Origin: Chloroflexota bacterium
Lineage (GTDB): Bacteria; Chloroflexota; Limnocylindria; P2-11E; CF-107
Length of the DNA: 64,000 nucleotides
NCBI GenBank assembly: GCA_005881435.1
Contig: VBHP01000033.1
Span: forward strand, 54,215-118,214
Reading direction: 5' to 3'
Numbering within the stretch: the first letter of the stretch is position 1; the number at the start of each line of letters is the position of its first letter. The notes under the pieces are model-generated. The model worked only from the letters and a program-made list of their open reading frames with translations. It searched no databases and had not been told where the DNA came from. The position numbers and the translations under genes are program-made. Shown here piece after piece: positions 59,318 to 64,000 of this stretch.

Positions 59318-61744
59318 GTGCGGCTCTCGTATTCGCATGAAGAGCGGCGCGTCCTCGCGATCGTCATGCTGGCGTTCATCCCGTTCGCGCTTGTCGTCGC
59401 GACCGTGCTCCAACGACATACGGAGTCGGCCCGGGCCCAGATCACGGCCGACCGCCTGGCTCACGCCCGAGCCGCCGCGAACCTGGCCGACAACTACATC
59501 GGTGGGAACACCACGACCCTGACCGCGTTGTCGCAACTGGCGGCGGTCCAGTCGGCGACTGTCGCGACGGCGAACGACATCCTCGGGCCGGTGTTGAAGA
59601 ACGACCCCAACTGGCTGGCGCTGGCACTCACAGGCGCGGACGGCCTGAACATCACCAGTTTCTCCGCGCCGCCTCGCACCGTGAGCATCGCCGACCGCGA
59701 CTACTTCCAGCAGGCGCTGCAGACGGGCGCGCCCGCCGTCGGCTCGGTGGTGATCGCGCGCGGCACGCTGGCGCAGAAGACAGTGGTGATCGCGGTACCG
59801 ATCCGTTTCAGCGACGGCACCCGGGGCGTCGTCTCCGGCGCGCTTTCACTGACCCGCGCCGAGCAGCTGATCCGCGGCGCAGTCCCGACGGGGTTGGAGC
59901 TCCGCATCGTCGACCGCCGCGGGCAAGAGTTCATCGGGCCCAAGGCCACCAACGACGCGGTGCCAGTGGTGGCCGACGATCCCGACGTGCATCTGGCCAT
60001 GACCGGTGGATCTGGAGCGACGGTGCTACGGCGGGGCGGCACCGATGTGCTCGTGGCGTACGCCGGCGCGGCTCTTCCGGGGTGGTCCATCCTGGTCAAC
60101 GAGCCCGCGGCGGCTGCCTTTGCCGTGCCGGAGCGCGACACCTACGGCGCCGTCGTGTTGACGATCGCCGGGCTCGCGGCCGCGCTCGCGATCGCCTGGT
60201 ATTTCGGACGGCGCCTGGGCCGGACCTACACCGCGCTGGATCGCGCGCGGTCGCAGGCCGAGACCGAGCGGGGACGATTGCGCGAGGCGTTAACAAACTC
60301 GCCGGCGCGCGTCGGTCTCCTGCTCGGACCCGATCTCGTCTTCGCCGTCGTCAGCCCGGAGACGCTTGCGCCGCTCGGGCTGCGGGAATCCGACGTCGTC
60401 GGCAAGCCGTACCACGAGGTCGACCCCAGTCCCGAGCGCCGTGCCGCGCTCGAGCAGGTCTACCGCACCGGGGAGCCACGCCGGGCGACCGAGGCGCACA
60501 CGGTCGTGACGTTGCCGAACGGCTCGACGCAGGAGGCGTACTACAACACCGCGATCCTGCCGCTTCGCGACGCCGACGGTCGGATCGACGGCGTCGTCTA
60601 TCACGCGGTCGACGTGACCGATCTGGTGCGCGCCCGACACCGCGTCGAGGAGCTCGTCGACGCGATCGGCGCCGAGCGCGACGACCTGCAGCAGGTGATC
60701 AACGCGCTGCCGGAGGGTGTGGTGGTCGTGCGCCCGAACGGCGCGACCATGCGCAACAGCGCGGCGGACGCGATCCTCGGCCATTCGATCGCCGCGGAGT
60801 TCAGGCCGGATCGCAACCGCACGGCCGAACCGAGACGGCTGGACGGCACCCCGTACCGCCCGGACGAGACACCACTCATCCGTGCGCTGCAGCGAGGAGA
60901 GCTCGTGCACGGGGAGCAGCTCGTGATCAAGAACTCGAGCACGCAGACCGAGATCCCCGTGCTCGTCAGCGCCGCGCCGGTGCGGCGCGAAGGGGAGATC
61001 GTGGCCGCGGTGTCGGTGTTCCAGGACATCAGCTCCCTCAAGGCCATCGAGGCACAGCGCACCGAGTTCTTCAGCGTCGCCAGCCACGAGATCAAAACCC
61101 CGATCACCGCGATCCAGCTGCAACTCGAGCTGGCGCAGCGGCTGCACCGCGACGGTCATCACGACCGAGTCGGCGAAATGGTGAGCCGTGCACTGGTTCG
61201 GACGCGCGACCTCGCGGAGCTGGTGAATGATCTGCTCGCGGTCTCGCGCATCGACGCGGGTCGCTTCCCGCTCGAGTCCGCGGAGCTCGATCTGGGCGAG
61301 CTGGCGCGTAGCGTGGCGGAGGATTTCCCAACTGACGAGTCGCACCCGCTAAACATCACGACGCCGACGGCGCCCGCAATCGTGCACGCGGACCGGCGGC
61401 GCGTGACCGAGATGCTCGAAAATCTCCTGGCGAACGCCGTCAAGTACAGCCCCGACGGCGGCGCCATCGACGTCGACGTGCGGCTGGAGAACGGGCACGC
61501 GGCGTTGCGCGTTCGCGACAGAGGCATCGGGGTCCCGCCCGAGGAGCGCCCATACATCTTCCAGCGCTTCTTCCGTACTTCGCGCGCGAAAGCATTTGGC
61601 GGCGTTGGGCTCGGCCTCTACATCAGCCGTGAGATCGCCGAGCGGCACGGGGGTTCGCTGCAGATCGAGAGCACCAGCGAGAGCGGGAGCACGTTCGTGG
61701 CCGAGCTCCCGCTCGTCGCGTCAGCCGCCGAGACGGCGTCGTAG
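59318..61744 (+). CDS. Sensor histidine kinase with extracytoplasmic Cache-like domain and PAS domains
   Basis: About 808 aa. TM1 (LAIVMLAFIPFALVVATVL), periplasmic Cache-like region, TM2 (AVVLTIAGLAAALAIAWYF), PAS-like segments, H-box SHEIKTP and HATPase (DRGIGV...GGVGLGL). Start GTG 59318 or ATG 59366. Confidence 0.8.
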   Translation: MRLSYSHEERRVLAIVMLAFIPFALVVATVLQRHTESARAQITADRLAHARAAANLADNYIGGNTTTLTALSQLAAVQSATVATANDILGPVLKNDPNWLALALTGADGLNITSFSAPPRTVSIADRDYFQQALQTGAPAVGSVVIARGTLAQKTVVIAVPIRFSDGTRGVVSGALSLTRAEQLIRGAVPTGLELRIVDRRGQEFIGPKATNDAVPVVADDPDVHLAMTGGSGATVLRRGGTDVLVAYAGAALPGWSILVNEPAAAAFAVPERDTYGAVVLTIAGLAAALAIAWYFGRRLGRTYTALDRARSQAETERGRLREALTNSPARVGLLLGPDLVFAVVSPETLAPLGLRESDVVGKPYHEVDPSPERRAALEQVYRTGEPRRATEAHTVVTLPNGSTQEAYYNTAILPLRDADGRIDGVVYHAVDVTDLVRARHRVEELVDAIGAERDDLQQVINALPEGVVVVRPNGATMRNSAADAILGHSIAAEFRPDRNRTAEPRRLDGTPYRPDETPLIRALQRGELVHGEQLVIKNSSTQTEIPVLVSAAPVRREGEIVAAVSVFQDISSLKAIEAQRTEFFSVASHEIKTPITAIQLQLELAQRLHRDGHHDRVGEMVSRALVRTRDLAELVNDLLAVSRIDAGRFPLESAELDLGELARSVAEDFPTDESHPLNITTPTAPAIVHADRRRVTEMLENLLANAVKYSPDGGAIDVDVRLENGHAALRVRDRGIGVPPEERPYIFQRFFRTSRAKAFGGVGLGLYISREIAERHGGSLQIESTSESGSTFVAELPLVASAAETAS

Positions 61745-61753
61745 CCGCGGTCG

Positions 61754-62104
61754 CTACATCCCCTTCGACAGTCCGATGACGTTGCCTTCGGGGTCGGCGA
61801 GCATCGCCAGCGTCAGGTCCGGACGGACCTGCGTCGGCTTCATGATCGTTTTGCCCCCGAGCCGCTCGGCCCGGTCCAGGATCTTCTGCGGGTCGTCGGT
61901 GTCGACGTAGAAGGTCACGAACGAACGGCCGTCGCGAGCCTGGCCGATGCCGCCGCCGATGCCCGCGCCCGCGTGCGTATCGATCATGCCGTAGTCCATC
62001 GGGTTGTTCGTGTCGATGTGCCAGCCGAACAGCTCCTGGTAGAACTGCTGCTCCTTCTTGGAATCCTTGGCGTTGATCTCGACGTGGATGATCGCGTTCG
62101 CCAT
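61754..62104 (-). CDS. VOC-family (glyoxalase-like) protein
   Basis: 116 aa. HVEINAKD...FYQELFGW...DPEGNVIGL glyoxalase-fold pattern. Confidence 0.65.
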   Translation of the reverse strand: MANAIIHVEINAKDSKKEQQFYQELFGWHIDTNNPMDYGMIDTHAGAGIGGGIGQARDGRSFVTFYVDTDDPQKILDRAERLGGKTIMKPTQVRPDLTLAMLADPEGNVIGLSKGM

Positions 62105-62131
62105 GGTCTGACTCCCCCTTTTTCTACGCTG

Positions 62132-62542
62132 TTAGTCGCGTGCGACCTCGACGAGGCGAGACAGGAACTGCTCCCAGCCTTTGGCGTGGTCCTGGACTTC
62201 CGCCTCCGGAAGACCCGAATGCACCAGACGAAGGCGCGTCCCGCCGGCCACAGGCGCGAGGTCGACCTCGACCCGTGAAGTGCCAGGCGGGCAGGTACCG
62301 CTACCGACCCAGCCCCAGGTGAAGACAACGCGCTGATTGCGGCGCACCTCGACGAACTCGCCCCGCGCGATCTCCCCCTTGTCGAACTCGACCTCGAATA
62401 CGCCGCCTGGCCGCGGATCGAGGTTCGCGCGCTTGCCCTTCCACCGGACGTACTTGACCGGATCGGTGAAGTAACCGAACACGGTCTCCGGTCGCGCCGA
62501 AATGGTGACGACCTTTTCGATCGTCTTTTGCTCTACCGCCAT
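62132..62542 (-). CDS. SRPBCC-superfamily (AHSA1/Activator-of-Hsp90-ATPase-like) protein
   Basis: 136 aa. ISARPETVFGYFTDPVKYVRW...VVFTW, typical AHSA1/polyketide-cyclase-like fold motif. Frequently paired with ArsR. Confidence 0.7.
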   Translation of the reverse strand: MAVEQKTIEKVVTISARPETVFGYFTDPVKYVRWKGKRANLDPRPGGVFEVEFDKGEIARGEFVEVRRNQRVVFTWGWVGSGTCPPGTSRVEVDLAPVAGGTRLRLVHSGLPEAEVQDHAKGWEQFLSRLVEVARD

Positions 62543-62880
62543 CGCCGTCTCCTTTTTCGCCGTTCTTCGCGTTCCGCCGCGCGCTTGAGTGAGCTCAAGC
62601 CGGCCTCCCAGAAGCCGTCGAGCCAGCGGCGCAGTTCGTCGATGCGCTCGGGCCTGGCGCGGTAGAAGCGGCGCGTGCCGTCACGACGTTCGCTCACCAG
62701 CCCAGCCTCCTTCAGCACACGCAGATGCTGCGAGATCGCTGGTCGCGTGACCTCGAACCGCCCGGCGATGTCGCCAGCCGACAGTTCGCGCTCGCCGACG
62801 AGGCGCAATATCTCGAGCCGCCGCGGCTCGGCCATCGCTTTGAGCAGGTCCGCTTCCACGATCAGTATTGAAGCACTCAC
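62533..62880 (-). CDS. ArsR/SmtB-family transcriptional regulator
   Basis: LKAMAEPRRLEILRLVGERELSAGDIAGRFEVTRPAISQHLRVLKEAGLV winged-HTH signature. True start may be M16 (62835). Confidence 0.75.
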   Translation of the reverse strand: MSASILIVEADLLKAMAEPRRLEILRLVGERELSAGDIAGRFEVTRPAISQHLRVLKEAGLVSERRDGTRRFYRARPERIDELRRWLDGFWEAGLSSLKRAAEREERRKRRRRWR

Positions 62881-62942
62881 TTACGTTAGCGTCAACTAAC
62901 GAAATCGTGCGGAAAAGCGTCACCCGCAAGAGGGAGGGGGCG

Positions 62943-63620
62943 GTGGCTTACTCTCCGGACGTGCTAGATATCGCCATCGTTCTGGCCGTGCTGGCCGGCA
63001 TCGTCGCCGGCTGGCGCCGCGGGTTCCTGGTGCCGGTGGTGGCGCAGATCGGTGTGCTTCTCGGCCTCACCTTCGTCTACGCGGGACCGCTTTCGGCGAA
63101 CGTTCCCTCTGGTCCGCTCGGCCTCGGCGCCGGCGCCGTGGCGGCGACCGCTGGCGGATACATCCTCGGCAGCGTCGGGGCGTTCGGCATCGGCTTGATG
63201 TATCGCTTCGCTCCGCTGCGGCGCATGGATCACGTTTTGGGGGTGCCGCTCGGCGCGGTCGCGGCCAGCGCCACCGTGTACCTCTCGCTCCTCGGCGCCG
63301 TGACCGTGGATGGCTGGCTCGGGCCGCTGCATGACAAGGGCACGCTGACGCAGCCCGACATCGCGCAGCTGCAGGCGGTCATCGCCGCGAACCCCGCGGC
63401 CGGCGCGGTCATGGACCCGTACGCGCTGGCAGCGCTGGCGAAAGCTGCTGCCACGGCGCCGATCACGATGGAGCAGCTGGCGAAGGTCAACGCGGCGCTG
63501 TCCTTCTATGAGACCAACGTGCGGCCGGCGCTGGTCCAAAGCCGAATCGGTCCGCTGGTGCTGTCCCTCGGCGCCGACCTGCCGATCATCGGCAGACACG
63601 TCGAATACCCGACGCCCTAA
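62943..63620 (+). CDS. CvpA-family (colicin V production protein-like) membrane protein
   Basis: About 225 aa from GTG 62943, preceded by GGGAGGGGG RBS. N-terminus LDIAIVLAVLAGIVAGWRRGF matches the CvpA N-terminal pattern; four TM. Confidence 0.6.
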   Translation: MAYSPDVLDIAIVLAVLAGIVAGWRRGFLVPVVAQIGVLLGLTFVYAGPLSANVPSGPLGLGAGAVAATAGGYILGSVGAFGIGLMYRFAPLRRMDHVLGVPLGAVAASATVYLSLLGAVTVDGWLGPLHDKGTLTQPDIAQLQAVIAANPAAGAVMDPYALAALAKAAATAPITMEQLAKVNAALSFYETNVRPALVQSRIGPLVLSLGADLPIIGRHVEYPTP

Positions 63621-63626
63621 CGGTCC

Positions 63627-64000
63627 CTAACCGGTCCCGTACCGCCGCGCCACGATGAACTGCACCGGCACGATCAGGAACCAGCTCGACTCGACCCATT
63701 GCGGGCTGACCACTGGGAGCAGCAGTAGCGAGCCGAGCATGATCGCCGGGACGGAGAAAGCGCGGATGACGGTGAGCCGCGCATAAGCCTCCGGTAGATC
63801 GCGAGCGACCAGACCTCGCCGCAGCGCGTACAGCCACGTCACCGGCCCGACCGCGCCGGCGGCGGAGAGGATCCCGGCGTACAGAACGACGATGCCGGGA
63901 CGATCGCCGAACTCGCCGATGAGCGCGGTGGGAAACGGCATGAACGCCACCAGACCGAGCAGCAGCAGATTCAACGCGATCAGCGTTTCGTCGACGCGCT
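63627..64000 (-). CDS. DUF1211 (TMEM175-like) membrane protein, C-terminal part (gene continues beyond window end)
   Basis: Reading frame is open to the window edge (...VDETLIALNLLLLGLVAFMPFPTALIGEF). LLFLL-V-F-PFPT motif as in the DUF1211 gene at 55303. Confidence 0.55.
   Translation of the reverse strand, partial: RVDETLIALNLLLLGLVAFMPFPTALIGEFGDRPGIVVLYAGILSAAGAVGPVTWLYALRRGLVARDLPEAYARLTVIRAFSVPAIMLGSLLLLPVVSPQWVESSWFLIVPVQFIVARRYGTG

Noticed and set aside
60082-61345. 382-aa plus-strand and 351-aa minus-strand ORFs
   Set aside because: Alternate or antisense frames within the Cache-PAS histidine kinase gene.

Overview
High-GC (~68-70%) bacterial chromosomal segment; gene content (Ni-SOD, F420/LLM oxidoreductase, PIG-L deacetylase, ABC importers without adjacent ATPase genes) suggests Actinomycetota or Chloroflexota. 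It is densely coded, with about 70 genes and many 4-nt GTGA/ATGA start/stop overlaps.

Content by position:
- 1-5.7 kb: housekeeping block with a partial UvrD-like helicase, a WecA-like glycosyltransferase, upp, glyA, rpiB and tsaC.
- 5.7-9.3 kb: a lower-GC island of secreted proteins (one BNR/sialidase-like protein plus three small orphans).
- 9.4-13.9 kb: prmC and a threonine-catabolism cluster (kbl, tdh, a threonine/serine dehydratase) with yjbQ.
- 13.9-19.1 kb: a tldD-tldE operon extended by an alpha/alpha-toroid (prenyltransferase/squalene-oxidase repeat) protein, a conserved hypothetical and a small membrane protein. This is the best candidate for an undescribed peptide-processing/modification module, although no precursor peptide was found.
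- 19.1-22.6 kb: convergent Opp/Dpp-type peptide ABC importer lacking ATPase genes.
- 25.4-30.2 kb: Ni-SOD (sodN) with its maturation protease (sodX), directly downstream of a four-gene signalling module (receiver, hybrid GAF histidine kinase, HD-GYP response regulator, CheY-like receiver).
- 30.3-45 kb: assorted genes including a LuxR regulator with inverted domain order, a DUF2231-Rieske fusion, an FGE-family protein, a GMC oxidoreductase, rsgA and an acyl-CoA ligase.
- 45.2-47.8 kb: an atypical FtsH-like AAA+ metalloprotease co-operonic with two paralogous small membrane-anchored proteins.
- 47.9-64 kb: Cu/Zn-SOD, two further two-component systems, a sugar ABC importer, two DUF1211 (TMEM175-like) channel homologues and small stress/VOC/ArsR genes.

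No rRNA, tRNA, CRISPR array or transposase was recognised. Many long ORFs in the six-frame track are Arg/Ala-rich antisense or off-frame artefacts of high GC and were rejected. The track sometimes shows GTG/TTG starts as M; several starts were re-placed by hand.
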